Shown piece after piece: positions 45,622 to 56,042 of a stretch of 64,000 nucleotides of DNA (position 1 is the stretch's first letter; each line of letters starts with the position of its first letter). The notes under the pieces were generated by a model that was not told where the DNA came from, did not search any database, and was given only the letters and a program-made list of their open reading frames with translations. A program made the position numbers and the translations under genes. Source of the DNA: Pilosibacter sp. (GTDB lineage: Bacteria; Bacillota; Clostridia; Lachnospirales; Lachnospiraceae); the NCBI GenBank assembly GCA_045637605.1, contig JAZTZT010000153.1, positions 5,978-69,977 of the forward strand, given 5' to 3'.

Positions 45622-48093
45622 ATGGAGCGATATACAGAAAAAGCCAAGGAAGCATTAGTTCTTGCAGGAGAAGCTGCAGAAGATTTGGGTTCCAGAACAA
45701 TTGGAACCGAGCATCTCCTTGTCGGACTGATCGAAGAGGGAAACGGAACTGCAGCAAAAGTTCTTGAGGCCAACGAGGTCAAACTGGAACGTGTACTGGA
45801 GTTGGTTCAGAAGCTGGTTTCTTCTTATCAGACTACAAAATTGCGTGAAAAAGAAGGATACACTCCGAGTGCGAAACATGTGTTGGAAAACAGCTACCGT
45901 GAGGCAGTCCGTTTCCGTGCGCCGCTGATCGGAACCGAGCATATTTTGATGGCGTTGTTAAAAGAGACAGACTGCGTAGCGATCCGTCTGCTCAATACAC
46001 TGAACATCAATATTCAAAAGATTTATATCGATCTGCTCTCTGCCATGGGTGAAGACGGAGCAGCAGGAAAAGAAGAGTTTACTCAGGGACGCCAGGGAAA
46101 AGGATCCGGTGCAGCGACACCGACGCTGGACGAATACAGCCGTGATCTGACTGAACTTGCCAGACAGGGCAAATTAGATCCGGTTATCGGTCGAGAAAAA
46201 GAAATCCAGCGAGTGATCCAGATCTTGAGCCGCAGAACAAAAAACAATCCGTGTTTGATTGGTGAACCGGGTGTCGGCAAGACAGCAGTTACAGAAGGAC
46301 TTGCGCAGATGATCGCGAACGGAACCGTCCCGGAGACGATCAAGGGTAAGCGCGTGGTGATCATGGATCTTTCCGGAATGGTAGCAGGATCCAAGTATCG
46401 CGGAGAGTTTGAAGAGCGAATCAAAAATGTATTAAAAGAAGTAAGTGAAGCAGGAAATGTTCTTCTGTTCATTGATGAGATTCATACAATTATCGGAGCA
46501 GGAGGGGCAGAAGGTGCTCTGGATGCGTCCAATATTATGAAACCGTCCCTGGCGCGTGGTGAGATCCAGCTGATCGGAGCTACAACCATTGACGAATACC
46601 GGAAGCATATTGAAAAAGATCCGGCTTTAGAGCGTCGCTTCCAGCCGGTGACCGTAGAAGAACCGACAGAGGAAGAAGCGATCGCAATTTTAAAAGGACT
46701 GCGCCCGAAATACGAAGAGCATCATAAGGTGACGATCACAGATGATGCGATCAAAGCTGCGGTTCAGATGTCTTCCAGATATATCAATGACCGTTTCCTT
46801 CCGGATAAAGCCATCGACCTGATCGATGAAGCATCTTCAAAGGTTCGTTTGACGGTATTTGTTGAGCCGAAGGGACTCAGGGAGTTAGAAGCAGAGATCA
46901 AGACTCTCGAAAAGGAAAAAGAGGAAGCCATCAAATCTGAGGCTTATGAAGAAGCCGGAGAGATCAAGAAAAAACAGGAAAAGAGACGAGAAAAGATTAA
47001 AAAGCTTCAGGAATCCTGGGAAGAAGAAAAGCGCTCCAAAGCATTGTTTGTGGATGAAGATGAAATCGCGGATGTGGTTTCTGGCTGGACGAAGATTCCG
47101 GTCAACAAATTAAAAGAAGAAGAAACCGAGCGTCTGTTGAGACTGGAATCGATTCTTCATGAGCGTGTGGTAGGACAGGAAGAAGCAGTTGTAGCCGTAT
47201 CCAAAGCGATCCGTCGTGGTCGTGTGGGATTAAAAGATCCAAAACGTCCAATCGGTTCCTTCTTGTTCTTAGGACCGACAGGTGTAGGTAAAACAGAGCT
47301 TTGCAAGGCACTTGCAGAGGCCATGTTTGGAACAGAACAAGCGCTGATCCGTGTAGATATGTCAGAATATATGGAGAAGCACAGTGTTTCCAAGATGATC
47401 GGTTCTCCGCCAGGATATGTAGGATTTGAAGGCGGTGGTCAGCTCAGTGAAAAGATACGCAGAAATCCATATTCAGTTGTGCTGTTTGATGAGGTTGAGA
47501 AGGCACATCCGGACGTATTTAATATTCTCCTTCAGATGTTGGATGATGGTCATATTACAGATTCACAGGGCCATAAGATTGATTTTAAGAATACAGTCGT
47601 GATCATGACATCAAACGCCGGAGCAGAAAATATCATCGCACCGAAGCTTCTTGGTTTTGCCTCTCAAGATGATGAACAGGCGAAATACAATCGTATGAAG
47701 AACGGTGTTATGGATGAAGTAAAGCGTCTGTTCAAACCGGAGTTCCTGAACCGTATTGACGAGATCATTGTATTCCATCCATTGAATAAAGGCCATATGA
47801 AGGAAATCGTATCCATCATGCTGAATACAGTCGGAAAACGTACCAAACAGCAGATGTCCATTCGCTTAAATGCAGGTGATGAGGTAAAAGAATTCCTGGT
47901 TGAAAAGGGATATGATGAAAAGTACGGTGCGAGACCGTTGAAACGCACGATCCAGCAAATGGTGGAAGATAAACTGGCAGAAGCAGTGTTGGAAGGACGC
48001 GTGCGTGAAGGCGATTCAGTAAAGATCGTTTTGAAGGATGGTCAGCTCAAATTTTCTGCCCGACACCCACAAACGTCTAGAAAATCAGACTGA
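45622..48093 (+). CDS. clpC: ATP-dependent Clp protease ATP-binding subunit ClpC
   Basis: Two Clp_N repeats and two AAA+ modules ([16 protein letters not shown]), with a UVR-like linker between them. Confidence 0.95.
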   Translation: MERYTEKAKEALVLAGEAAEDLGSRTIGTEHLLVGLIEEGNGTAAKVLEANEVKLERVLELVQKLVSSYQTTKLREKEGYTPSAKHVLENSYREAVRFRAPLIGTEHILMALLKETDCVAIRLLNTLNINIQKIYIDLLSAMGEDGAAGKEEFTQGRQGKGSGAATPTLDEYSRDLTELARQGKLDPVIGREKEIQRVIQILSRRTKNNPCLIGEPGVGKTAVTEGLAQMIANGTVPETIKGKRVVIMDLSGMVAGSKYRGEFEERIKNVLKEVSEAGNVLLFIDEIHTIIGAGGAEGALDASNIMKPSLARGEIQLIGATTIDEYRKHIEKDPALERRFQPVTVEEPTEEEAIAILKGLRPKYEEHHKVTITDDAIKAAVQMSSRYINDRFLPDKAIDLIDEASSKVRLTVFVEPKGLRELEAEIKTLEKEKEEAIKSEAYEEAGEIKKKQEKRREKIKKLQESWEEEKRSKALFVDEDEIADVVSGWTKIPVNKLKEEETERLLRLESILHERVVGQEEAVVAVSKAIRRGRVGLKDPKRPIGSFLFLGPTGVGKTELCKALAEAMFGTEQALIRVDMSEYMEKHSVSKMIGSPPGYVGFEGGGQLSEKIRRNPYSVVLFDEVEKAHPDVFNILLQMLDDGHITDSQGHKIDFKNTVVIMTSNAGAENIIAPKLLGFASQDDEQAKYNRMKNGVMDEVKRLFKPEFLNRIDEIIVFHPLNKGHMKEIVSIMLNTVGKRTKQQMSIRLNAGDEVKEFLVEKGYDEKYGARPLKRTIQQMVEDKLAEAVLEGRVREGDSVKIVLKDGQLKFSARHPQTSRKSD

Positions 48094-48189
48094 ACTATGG
48101 TAAAATAAACGTACCGCAAAGCATAATGATGAGTGGGTTCTCTGAGATATTGGAGGACCTGCGTAACACACAAAAGGAGACGAAGTATT

Positions 48190-48603
48190 ATGTCAGCAAT
48201 TAACGAATTAATTCGTACAGAAGAAAATGGTTCCATCAGCTTTGGTAACTACATGCTGGATGCAAAGTCCAAAGTAGAAGATTATGAGCATGATGGCGAT
48301 CTTTATAAAGTAAAGACATTTAACGAGATCACAAAGCTTGAGAGAAACGGTATGTTTGTTTATGAGTCTGTTCCTGGAACAGCAGTAAACAATTTCAGTG
48401 TGAAGAATACAGAGGTAACGTTCACAGTATCCGGTGCACAGGATGCACAGATCACGATCCAGTTAGAAGATGATATGGATTATGAAGTATTTACAGACGG
48501 TGTTGCTGTTGGTGGTATGAAGACGAACATGAGTGGTAAATTAAGCCTTTCCGTAGAGCTTTCCGAAGGAAAAGAGGTAGACGTAAAGGTAGTTCGTAAA
48601 TAA
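48190..48603 (+). CDS. Hypothetical protein (137 aa), beta-rich, no family recognised
   Basis: The ATG at 48190 follows AAAAGGAGA. It lies between clpC and radA. Confidence 0.5.
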   Translation: MSAINELIRTEENGSISFGNYMLDAKSKVEDYEHDGDLYKVKTFNEITKLERNGMFVYESVPGTAVNNFSVKNTEVTFTVSGAQDAQITIQLEDDMDYEVFTDGVAVGGMKTNMSGKLSLSVELSEGKEVDVKVVRK

Positions 48604-48618
48604 GAAAGGATTTTAATA

Positions 48619-49992
48619 GTGGCAAAAGCAAAAAATAATCTCGTATTTTTCTGCAAAGAATGCGGCTATGAATCCGGTAAATGGATGGGGCAGTGTCCGG
48701 CGTGTAAAGCATGGAATTCGTTTGTGGAGGAGCCGGTGGTTTCTGATAAGAAATCGCAGGCAGCCGACAAGATTCGTATTCCGGGTCGGGGCGCTGCCCC
48801 TGTCCGTATCTCAGAGATTTCCATCGAAGATCAAGATCGCACCACTACCGGATTCGGAGAACTGGACCGTGTTCTCGGAAGCGGAATCGTGAAAGGAAGC
48901 CTTGTTCTCGTGGGCGGAGATCCGGGAATCGGAAAATCCACATTGCTCTTGCAGGTATGTAGAAATCTGGCTCATTCTGCGCAAAAAGTATTGTATATCT
49001 CAGGTGAGGAATCCCTGAAACAGATTAAGATGCGAGCGAACCGAATCGGACAGATTGACGGAGAACTGTATTTTCTTTCTGAGACAAATCTCGATTTGAT
49101 ATCCGGTTCCATTGAAGAAATGAAACCGGATATAGTTATCATTGACTCAATCCAGACCATGTATCGGGAGGATATTACGTCAGCTCCGGGCAGTGTAAGC
49201 CAGGTAAGGGAGTCGACCAATCTTTTGATGCAGATTGCAAAAGGATTAGGGATTACCATCTTTATTGTGGGTCATGTGACGAAAGAAGGCGTAGTGGCCG
49301 GACCAAGAGTGTTGGAGCACATGGTTGATACAGTACTGTACTTTGAAGGAGACCGCAACGAAGCTTATCGAATCTTACGTGCAGTAAAGAATCGATTTGG
49401 TTCTACCAATGAGATCGGTGTCTTTGAAATGCAGGAAAAAGGTTTGGTTGAAGTGACCAATCCTTCCGAAATGATGATTTCCGGAAGACCGAAGAATGCC
49501 TCAGGAGCAGTTGTTTCTTGTGCGTTGGAAGGAACACGACCGCTTCTTTTGGAGGTACAGGCACTTGTGGCTGAGACCAACTTCGGTATGGCAAGACGAA
49601 CAGCCAATGGCGTAGACTTTAACCGAATCAATATTCTCTTGGCAATCTTGGAAAAACGCTGTGGTTATGCCATGAGCCGTTATGATGCATACGTGAATAT
49701 CGCTGGTGGCATGAAGATGAGTGAACCTGCACTGGACCTGGCGGTTGTAATGGCACTGGTTTCCAGTTACAAAAACCGTGAAGTAGATCCGGGCATGTTG
49801 ATTTTTGGTGAAGTCGGACTCTCAGGAGAGGTACGTGGCGTTTCTCAGGCGTCTCAGCGTGTTGCAGAGGCAATTAAGATGGGCTTTACGACTTGTGTTC
49901 TCCCAAAAGCGAACCTTGAAAAGATCAAAGGCGAAACGAGGATCAAACTGCTCGGAGTCGAAAATGTAAGAGAGGCTATCGGACTGTTTTAG
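48619..49992 (+). CDS. radA: DNA repair protein RadA/Sms
   Basis: N-terminal zinc finger (CKECGY...CPACKAWNS), Walker A GGDPGIGKST, the KNRFG motif and a Lon-like C-terminal domain. GTG start. Confidence 0.95.
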   Translation: MAKAKNNLVFFCKECGYESGKWMGQCPACKAWNSFVEEPVVSDKKSQAADKIRIPGRGAAPVRISEISIEDQDRTTTGFGELDRVLGSGIVKGSLVLVGGDPGIGKSTLLLQVCRNLAHSAQKVLYISGEESLKQIKMRANRIGQIDGELYFLSETNLDLISGSIEEMKPDIVIIDSIQTMYREDITSAPGSVSQVRESTNLLMQIAKGLGITIFIVGHVTKEGVVAGPRVLEHMVDTVLYFEGDRNEAYRILRAVKNRFGSTNEIGVFEMQEKGLVEVTNPSEMMISGRPKNASGAVVSCALEGTRPLLLEVQALVAETNFGMARRTANGVDFNRINILLAILEKRCGYAMSRYDAYVNIAGGMKMSEPALDLAVVMALVSSYKNREVDPGMLIFGEVGLSGEVRGVSQASQRVAEAIKMGFTTCVLPKANLEKIKGETRIKLLGVENVREAIGLF

Positions 49993-50051
49993 TCCTGAAA
50001 AAGAATTAAACGTAGTTGTATAATTTGTTTAAACTTTTTTGAAAATTATTG

Positions 50052-50080
50052 TTGACATTTTGCATTTCCCGTGTTATTAT
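50052..50080 (+). promoter_or_regulatory. Sigma-A-type promoter of tRNA-Trp
   Basis: TTGACA, 17-nt spacer, TATTAT. Confidence 0.65.
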
Positions 50081-50110
50081 AAACGAGCGTTGAGGAAATG
50101 CGAAATGCAT

Positions 50111-50181
50111 AGGGGATTAGTTCAACGGCAGAGCAACGGTCTCCAAAACCGTTAATGGGGGTTCGAATCCCTCATCCCCTG
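50111..50181 (+). tRNA. trnW: tRNA-Trp (anticodon CCA), 3' CCA not encoded
   Basis: The cloverleaf folds by hand: acceptor AGGGGAT/ATCCCCT, anticodon stem ACGGT/ACCGT with loop CTCCAAA, and T-arm GGGGG-TTCGAAT-CCCTC. Confidence 0.9.
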
Positions 50182-50183
50182 CT

Positions 50184-50217
50184 AAGGCTGAAGTCTTTCG
50201 AGATTTCAGCCTTTTCT
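50184..50217 (+). terminator. Terminator after tRNA-Trp
   Basis: Stem aaggctgaa..tct/aga.ttcagcctt followed by TTTCT. Confidence 0.75.
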
Positions 50218-50252
50218 ATTTCTGTCAAAGATTATAAAATACGGAACATCTT

Positions 50253-50283
50253 AAAAGCTGAACGAATATTCAGCTTTTTTTGT
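50253..50283 (+). terminator. Second tandem terminator
   Basis: aaaagctgaa-cgaatat-ttcagctttttttt. Confidence 0.8.
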
Positions 50284-50325
50284 ATTATACTGATAATTTC
50301 AATAGTATAAATAATCAATCTTTTG

Positions 50326-50354
50326 TTGACGAATCGAAGCGGTTCTGCTATTAT
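50326..50354 (+). promoter_or_regulatory. Sigma-A-type promoter of ald
   Basis: TTGACG, 17-nt spacer, TATTAT. Confidence 0.6.
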
Positions 50355-50412
50355 ATTTTTAACAATTAAAGTGTTAAAGGGCTAATACGGAGAATTGAGG
50401 AGGATATAGATT

Positions 50413-51531
50413 ATGAAAGTCGGTTGCGTAAAGGAAATTAAAAATAATGAGTTCCGAGTAGGTATGACCCCGGATAACGTGAAAAGCTATGTAAATGCTG
50501 GTCATGAAGTATATATTGAGTGTGGTGCCGGTGTAGGTTCCGGTTTTATGGATGAAGAGTATGCGGCTGCAGGCGCGATCATGGTTGATAATGCAAAGGA
50601 TGTATGGGATGCAGTTGAGATGATGGTTAAGGTAAAAGAGCCGTTGGAAGAGGAGTATCCGTTATTCCACGATGGTCTGATCCTTTATACATATCTTCAC
50701 CTTGCAGCAGATAAACCGCAGACAGATGCGTTGTTAAACGGTAAGGTAAAGGGTGTTGCTTATGAGACACTGATCGAGCGCGACGGAAGTATTCCGCTTC
50801 TTGCTCCGATGAGCCAGATCGCAGGTCGTTTAAGCATTCAGGAAGGTGCCAAGTATTTAGAGAAGATTTTTGGTGGATCCGGTGTTCTTCTGGCAGGTGT
50901 ACCGGGCACTCCGAAGGCCAATGTCGTGATCCTCGGTGGAGGTACCGTTGGTACAAACGCATGTAAGATCGCAGTTGGTATGGGGGCTAATGTTACGATC
51001 ATGGACATCAACTTAAAGAGACTTGCGTATTTAGATGATATCTTTGGTGCAAGAATCCAGACGCTGGTTTCCACCGATGCCAATATTGAAAAGGCTGTAA
51101 AGGATGCAGATCTGGTAGTCGGTTCCGTTCTGATTCCAGGTAAAGCTGCTCCGAAGATTTTCAAGAAAGCATACTTGAAGAATATGAAACCGGGTTCCGT
51201 ATTTGTAGATGTTGCTGTTGACCAGGGTGGCTGTGGTGAGTCTACAAAGGTTACTTACCACGATGATCCGATCTATGTTGAAGATGGTATTGTACATTAC
51301 TGTGTAGGTAATATGCCGGGTGCGGTTCCGAGAACATCAACCATTGCTCTCACTAACGCAACATTATCCTACGGCTTACAGATTGCCAATAAAGGTTTAG
51401 AGCAGGCATGTAAAGAGAATGATGTGATCTATTCTGCGATCAACACATATGATGGAAAGCTGACTTGTAAGAATGTAGCAGATAGTTTTGACTGCTATGA
51501 GTACACAGATATTCGCTCCATTTGTGGTTAA
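50413..51531 (+). CDS. ald: Alanine dehydrogenase
   Basis: KEIKNNEFRVGMTP N-terminus and the NAD-binding motif ILGGGTVGTNA. Length is 372 aa. Confidence 0.95.
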   Translation: MKVGCVKEIKNNEFRVGMTPDNVKSYVNAGHEVYIECGAGVGSGFMDEEYAAAGAIMVDNAKDVWDAVEMMVKVKEPLEEEYPLFHDGLILYTYLHLAADKPQTDALLNGKVKGVAYETLIERDGSIPLLAPMSQIAGRLSIQEGAKYLEKIFGGSGVLLAGVPGTPKANVVILGGGTVGTNACKIAVGMGANVTIMDINLKRLAYLDDIFGARIQTLVSTDANIEKAVKDADLVVGSVLIPGKAAPKIFKKAYLKNMKPGSVFVDVAVDQGGCGESTKVTYHDDPIYVEDGIVHYCVGNMPGAVPRTSTIALTNATLSYGLQIANKGLEQACKENDVIYSAINTYDGKLTCKNVADSFDCYEYTDIRSICG

Positions 51532-51665
51532 GATTCCGACGTAGATTGTGCATGTTTTGCAAATAGGCAGATGAAACCGGTGTCAAAGTATCAATATTGG
51601 ATTGTTTTTGAGTAAAAGTACTAAAAAGATACGAGAAAACGGAAAAAGATGGTGGAATGTGTCCG

Positions 51666-51695
51666 TTGACTTTTGGCGGGTAAAAATGGTATAAA
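51666..51695 (+). promoter_or_regulatory. Sigma-A-type promoter
   Basis: TTGACT, 18-nt spacer, TATAAA, with a TGG extended -10. Confidence 0.5.
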
Positions 51696-51750
51696 TCAAT
51701 TGACTAGAAGAAAGACAGCTATTATCCGCAAAAAGGAGATTCACACAAAA

Positions 51751-51999
51751 ATGAAAACACAGAAAAAAATCAAACTCACAAGCATCATGGATGTCAAAGA
51801 GTTTGTAACAGTTGCCGGTGAGTGCGATTTTGATGTTAACATTTTCTATAACCATATGGTTGTTGATGCAAAATCTATTTTAGGAGTTTTAAGCTTAGAT
51901 TTATCCAAGGCGCTGACTGTAGAGTACGAAGGATATGACAGAGCGTTTGAGGAGATTCTGGACGCAAAAGATGCAGCAAAGATTACAGCTGTAGCATAA
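51751..51999 (+). CDS. HPr-fold protein lacking the His15 phosphorylation site (Ser46-region motif retained)
   Basis: It aligns by eye to HPr: DAKSILGVLSLD corresponds to NLKSIMGVMSLG. The GIHARPA region is replaced by SIMDVKEF. The ATG at 51751 follows AAAAGGAGA. Confidence 0.6.
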   Translation: MKTQKKIKLTSIMDVKEFVTVAGECDFDVNIFYNHMVVDAKSILGVLSLDLSKALTVEYEGYDRAFEEILDAKDAAKITAVA

Positions 52000-52023
52000 T
52001 TATAACAGAAAAGAAGAAATGAA

Positions 52024-52062
52024 ATGACGCCGCAGATGAGTAAAATCTGACGGCGTCGTTTA
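52024..52062. terminator. Bidirectional terminator
   Basis: Stem gacgccg/cggcgtc, extended by cag(a)/tctg. Confidence 0.65.
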
Positions 52063-52066
52063 TTAT

Positions 52067-52543
52067 TTATGACTCTGTTACTAATTTGCCACACATATGC
52101 TCCGGAGACAGCTTCATGAGAAGGGTTCTGTGACCGTGGAGACGGATTTCTTCTTTAATGTATTCATCGTCCTGAACAAAACGGTAACTGAGTTTTGTAA
52201 CGATATCAATGATCTGTTCCATATCGTCGATGATCTCGATCTTACCGAAGATGATGACACTTTTTACTTTATAAGCCCATTCATTTTCTTCTTTGTAACC
52301 CTGGTCAAAGACACAGAAGGAAACTTTGTTGTGTTTCTGAAGAGCTTCGAGACGGTGACCGATATTTCCGCAGTGGAAATAGATGTTGCCATCTTCTTCA
52401 TTGTACCAGAAGTTCATAGGCATACCATATGGATAATCATCGTCGCCTAAAACGGATAAGACACCGCGTGTCTCAGACTTTAATAATTCAATGCAGCTTT
52501 CATTGGAAAGCTGTTTGTTTTTTCTTACCAGTTCCCTAAACAT
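52067..52543 (-). CDS. Pyridoxamine 5'-phosphate oxidase-family (split-barrel flavin-binding, NimA-like) protein
   Basis: 158 aa. The pattern RGVLSVLGDDDYPYGMPMNFWY...IYFHCG is typical of this family. Confidence 0.75.
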   Translation of the reverse strand: MFRELVRKNKQLSNESCIELLKSETRGVLSVLGDDDYPYGMPMNFWYNEEDGNIYFHCGNIGHRLEALQKHNKVSFCVFDQGYKEENEWAYKVKSVIIFGKIEIIDDMEQIIDIVTKLSYRFVQDDEYIKEEIRLHGHRTLLMKLSPEHMCGKLVTES

Positions 52544-52672
52544 AATAATACCCTCCTAATAATGCGTTGGATTGATAGGAAAATTATAGCATAAATGGGA
52601 ATACTTGCATAGGGAAGTGATTGGATTTATAATGAACATAATTGATAGATAATTAAAAAGGAGGTGCAGAAC

Positions 52673-55039
52673 ATGGCAGAGAAACGTCTGGTTCGTATTT
52701 CCGTACGCAATTTGGTCGAATTTGTTCTGCGCTCCGGAGATATTGATAATCGCCATTCCGCTGGCGCACAGAAGGAAGCGATGCTGGCTGGAGGAAGGAT
52801 TCATCGTAAGATTCAAAAACGCATGGGTGCTAATTATCGTGCAGAAGTTCCGTTAAAGTTTTCCGTTGAAGATGATGAGCAGGAGATCATTTTGCTTGTA
52901 GAAGGCCGTGCTGACGGTATTATGGAAGAAAATGGGATTGTCACCATTGATGAGATCAAAGGCATGTATATGGATGTCTCACGTCTGGAAGAACCGATCA
53001 TGATCCATCTGGCGCAAGCAATGTGTTACGGATATTTTTACTGTTGCGATAAAGAGCTGGATGGAATACGCCTGCAGATCACGTATGCAAATTTGGATAC
53101 CGAAGAGATCAAGCGGTTTCACGTGGACCGTTCCAAAGAAGAACTGGAGCAATGGTTCAAGTGTGTTGTCCATGAGTATTTTAAGTGGGCACGTTATCAG
53201 TATCACCATGAACTGGTGCGTAATGATTCGATTCATGGTCTGGAATTTCCTTATCCTTACAGAGAAGGTCAGCGAGATCTGGTTGTTTCTGTGTATAAGA
53301 CGATCGTACGGGGAAAGAAATTGTTTATCCAGGCTCCCACAGGAATTGGAAAGACATTGAGTACTGTATTTCCATCTGTAAAGGCTATTGGAGAGGGAAA
53401 TGGTGAAAAACTGTTTTATTTGACTGCGAAGACGATTACCAGAACGGTTGCAGAAGAAGCATTGAGGATTTTACGAGGCAAAGGTTTGATCTTTAGTTCC
53501 GTTACGATCACGGCCAAAGAGAAAATGTGTCCAATGGAAAAAATGGAGTGCAATCCGGATACTTGCCCGTATGCGAAAGGTCATTTTGATCGAGTAAATG
53601 AAGCTGTTTTTGACATTCTTCATATGGAACAGGAGATGACCAGAGAGAAGATTCTAGAATATGCGGATAAATATCAAGTGTGTCCGTTTGAATTCTGTCT
53701 GGATATTTCCAATTGGACAGATGGCATTATCTGTGATTATAACTATGTGTTTGATCCAAATGTGCGCTTGAAACGTTATTTTGCAGATGGAAATAAAGGA
53801 GAATATCTATTTTTAATTGATGAGGCGCATAACCTGGTGTCCAGAGCCAGGGAAATGTACAGTGCATCTATTATAAAAGAAGATGTTCTGGAAGTGAAAC
53901 GGATCATAAAAGGAAAATCTCTGAAATTGGAAAAGCAGTTGGACAAGTGCAATAAGATTCTATTAAATATGAAGAGAGAGTGCGAGGAATGGGAGATCTG
54001 CGATGATATCACAGGACTTGCAGCGAGCATCATGAGTGTCTTTACGGAGATGGAGACATTTATGGAAGATTTTCCGGAGTTTGAGGGTAGAGATTCCGTT
54101 TTGGATTTCTATTTTTGTCTGAGAGATTTTCTGAATGTATATGAACAGTTGGGGGATCATTACCGCATTTATGCAGAAAATATTGGAACCTCTTGCTTTC
54201 AGGTACGTATGCTCTGTGTAAATCCGGCGAAGATTTTGTCACAGTGCATGGGACAGGGAAGCAGTACGATTTTATTCTCTGCAACACTGCTTCCAATTAA
54301 ATATTATAAAACATTGCTTTCCGGAAAAGAGGAGGATTATGCAGTATATGCCAACTCTCCTTTCCAAGAGGAAAAACGATTGCTGATGGTTGCCACAGAT
54401 GTGAGCAGCAGGTATACAAGACGAACAGAATCGGAATTCCGAAAAGTGGCAGATTATATTCGAGCGGTCGCATCAGGAAAGCATGGAAATTATATGGTAT
54501 TTTTCCCTTCTTATCAATATATGTCGGAAATTGAAGCGATGTTTGAAGAAGAGCCTCTGCAGGCAGATTTGATCGTGCAGGGCCAGGGAATGGGAGAAGC
54601 AGAGCGTAAAGAATTTTTAGAAGAATTTGAACATGAACGTGAACATTCTCTGGTTGCATTTTGTGTGATGGGAGGTGTATTCTCAGAGGGTATTGATCTG
54701 AAAGAAGAACGATTGATCGGAGTGATCATTGTCGGGACCGGACTGCCGATGGTCTGTGTGGAACAAGAGATATTAAAAGGATACTTTGATGAAACTGAGG
54801 AACGTGGATTTGATTTTGCTTATCAGTATCCGGGAATGAACAAAGTATTACAGGCCGCAGGTCGTGTGATCCGGACTCAGGAGGATGAAGGTGTGATCCT
54901 GCTGCTAGATGATCGTTTCTTAAGACGAGAATATCTGGAGTTGTTTCCGAGAGAATGGGAACATTATCATATGGTGAATCGGAATAATGTATCACATTGT
55001 ATCGCGGATTTCTGGAAATCCCGAGACTGCAGAAAATAA
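52673..55039 (+). CDS. RecB/Cas4-like PD-(D/E)XK nuclease domain fused to an XPD/DinG-family (Fe-S) DNA helicase
   Basis: Nuclease motifs: GGRIHRKIQ, EGRADGI, IDEIKG and QAMCYGY. Helicase motifs: QAPTGIGKT, IDEAHNL, a 4-Cys cluster (CPMEKMEC..C....C) and a C-terminal QAAGRVIR. The ATG at 52673 follows AAAGGAGG. Confidence 0.8.
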   Translation: MAEKRLVRISVRNLVEFVLRSGDIDNRHSAGAQKEAMLAGGRIHRKIQKRMGANYRAEVPLKFSVEDDEQEIILLVEGRADGIMEENGIVTIDEIKGMYMDVSRLEEPIMIHLAQAMCYGYFYCCDKELDGIRLQITYANLDTEEIKRFHVDRSKEELEQWFKCVVHEYFKWARYQYHHELVRNDSIHGLEFPYPYREGQRDLVVSVYKTIVRGKKLFIQAPTGIGKTLSTVFPSVKAIGEGNGEKLFYLTAKTITRTVAEEALRILRGKGLIFSSVTITAKEKMCPMEKMECNPDTCPYAKGHFDRVNEAVFDILHMEQEMTREKILEYADKYQVCPFEFCLDISNWTDGIICDYNYVFDPNVRLKRYFADGNKGEYLFLIDEAHNLVSRAREMYSASIIKEDVLEVKRIIKGKSLKLEKQLDKCNKILLNMKRECEEWEICDDITGLAASIMSVFTEMETFMEDFPEFEGRDSVLDFYFCLRDFLNVYEQLGDHYRIYAENIGTSCFQVRMLCVNPAKILSQCMGQGSSTILFSATLLPIKYYKTLLSGKEEDYAVYANSPFQEEKRLLMVATDVSSRYTRRTESEFRKVADYIRAVASGKHGNYMVFFPSYQYMSEIEAMFEEEPLQADLIVQGQGMGEAERKEFLEEFEHEREHSLVAFCVMGGVFSEGIDLKEERLIGVIIVGTGLPMVCVEQEILKGYFDETEERGFDFAYQYPGMNKVLQAAGRVIRTQEDEGVILLLDDRFLRREYLELFPREWEHYHMVNRNNVSHCIADFWKSRDCRK

Positions 55040-55042
55040 GAA

Positions 55043-55072
55043 ATGGATATCCTGCTAAAACAGGATATCCAT
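55043..55072. terminator. Bidirectional hairpin between convergent genes (overlaps the LysR gene 3' end)
   Basis: Perfect 12-bp stem atggatatcctg/caggatatccat. Confidence 0.7.
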
Positions 55073-55936
55073 AAAGTGTTTTGCTGCTTGCGAGATTGGA
55101 AGAGATTCGTTGTATGCAACTACAAGTTTTCTGGAAGGAAGCTCTTCATTTAATTTCAATGCAAATAGTTCATGTTCTCCTTCCGGAATACAGAAATCCG
55201 GAACAAAAGCGATACCGAGACCGATTCTTGCAAGATCAATCAGAAGATCATTGCTGCTGAGCTCGATTTCCGGAACCAGATCCAGATGAGATTTTTGGAA
55301 AATAGAGTGAAGGAATTCACTGGTAGTACTTTTTCGATCTAACATCATGATCGGATAATGTAACAGTTCATGAAGGGAGAGTGTTTTGTTCCGTAATGGA
55401 AAATATTTAGAATTTGCCACAAAAATATCACGGAATTCTTTGATCGTGCGAATATTGTTAACATTGGAGAGTCCGGAGTTCGGGAAGTTGCTGATGACAA
55501 AATCAACCTGACCGGTTTCTAAAATATGAGCACAGTCGATGGAAGTAGAATTCGTAACTTTGATATGAACATTCGGATGATCTCTGTGAAATTTATTTAA
55601 ATACGGAACAAGGAAATAACGGCAAATTGTGTCACTGGCTGCAATGCGAAGCTGACCACCGTTCAATGTGTTTGCTTCAAGAAGCTGGTTCTCACCCTGA
55701 CGGATGAGATTCATCGCTGGTTCAATGTGCTTGAAAAGAATCTCTCCTTCCGGAGTTAACTGTACACGTTTGGTGCTGCGGATAAACAGGTTCTGTCCCA
55801 GCTTTTTTTCCAGAACTTTTATAGACTGGCTGACTGCTGACTGGGAGATATAGAGCTGTTTGGAAGCTTCGGAAAAGCTTAATGTACGGGCTACATAATA
55901 GAATACTTTATATAATTCGTAGTTAACATCCATCAT
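55055..55936 (-). CDS. LysR-family transcriptional regulator
   Basis: N-terminal wHTH (FSEASKQLYISQSAVSQSIKVLE) followed by a LysR substrate-binding domain. Length is 293 aa. Confidence 0.9.
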   Translation of the reverse strand: MMDVNYELYKVFYYVARTLSFSEASKQLYISQSAVSQSIKVLEKKLGQNLFIRSTKRVQLTPEGEILFKHIEPAMNLIRQGENQLLEANTLNGGQLRIAASDTICRYFLVPYLNKFHRDHPNVHIKVTNSTSIDCAHILETGQVDFVISNFPNSGLSNVNNIRTIKEFRDIFVANSKYFPLRNKTLSLHELLHYPIMMLDRKSTTSEFLHSIFQKSHLDLVPEIELSSNDLLIDLARIGLGIAFVPDFCIPEGEHELFALKLNEELPSRKLVVAYNESLPISQAAKHFMDILF

Positions 55937-56042
55937 TAGACCTCCTTATAAGAACGAATTCATTTTATCATAGGAATTATCGTTTGAAAAGGGGGGAATT
56001 TATGTTATATTAAAAATGGAATAGATAAAGGAGTGAGTAGAT

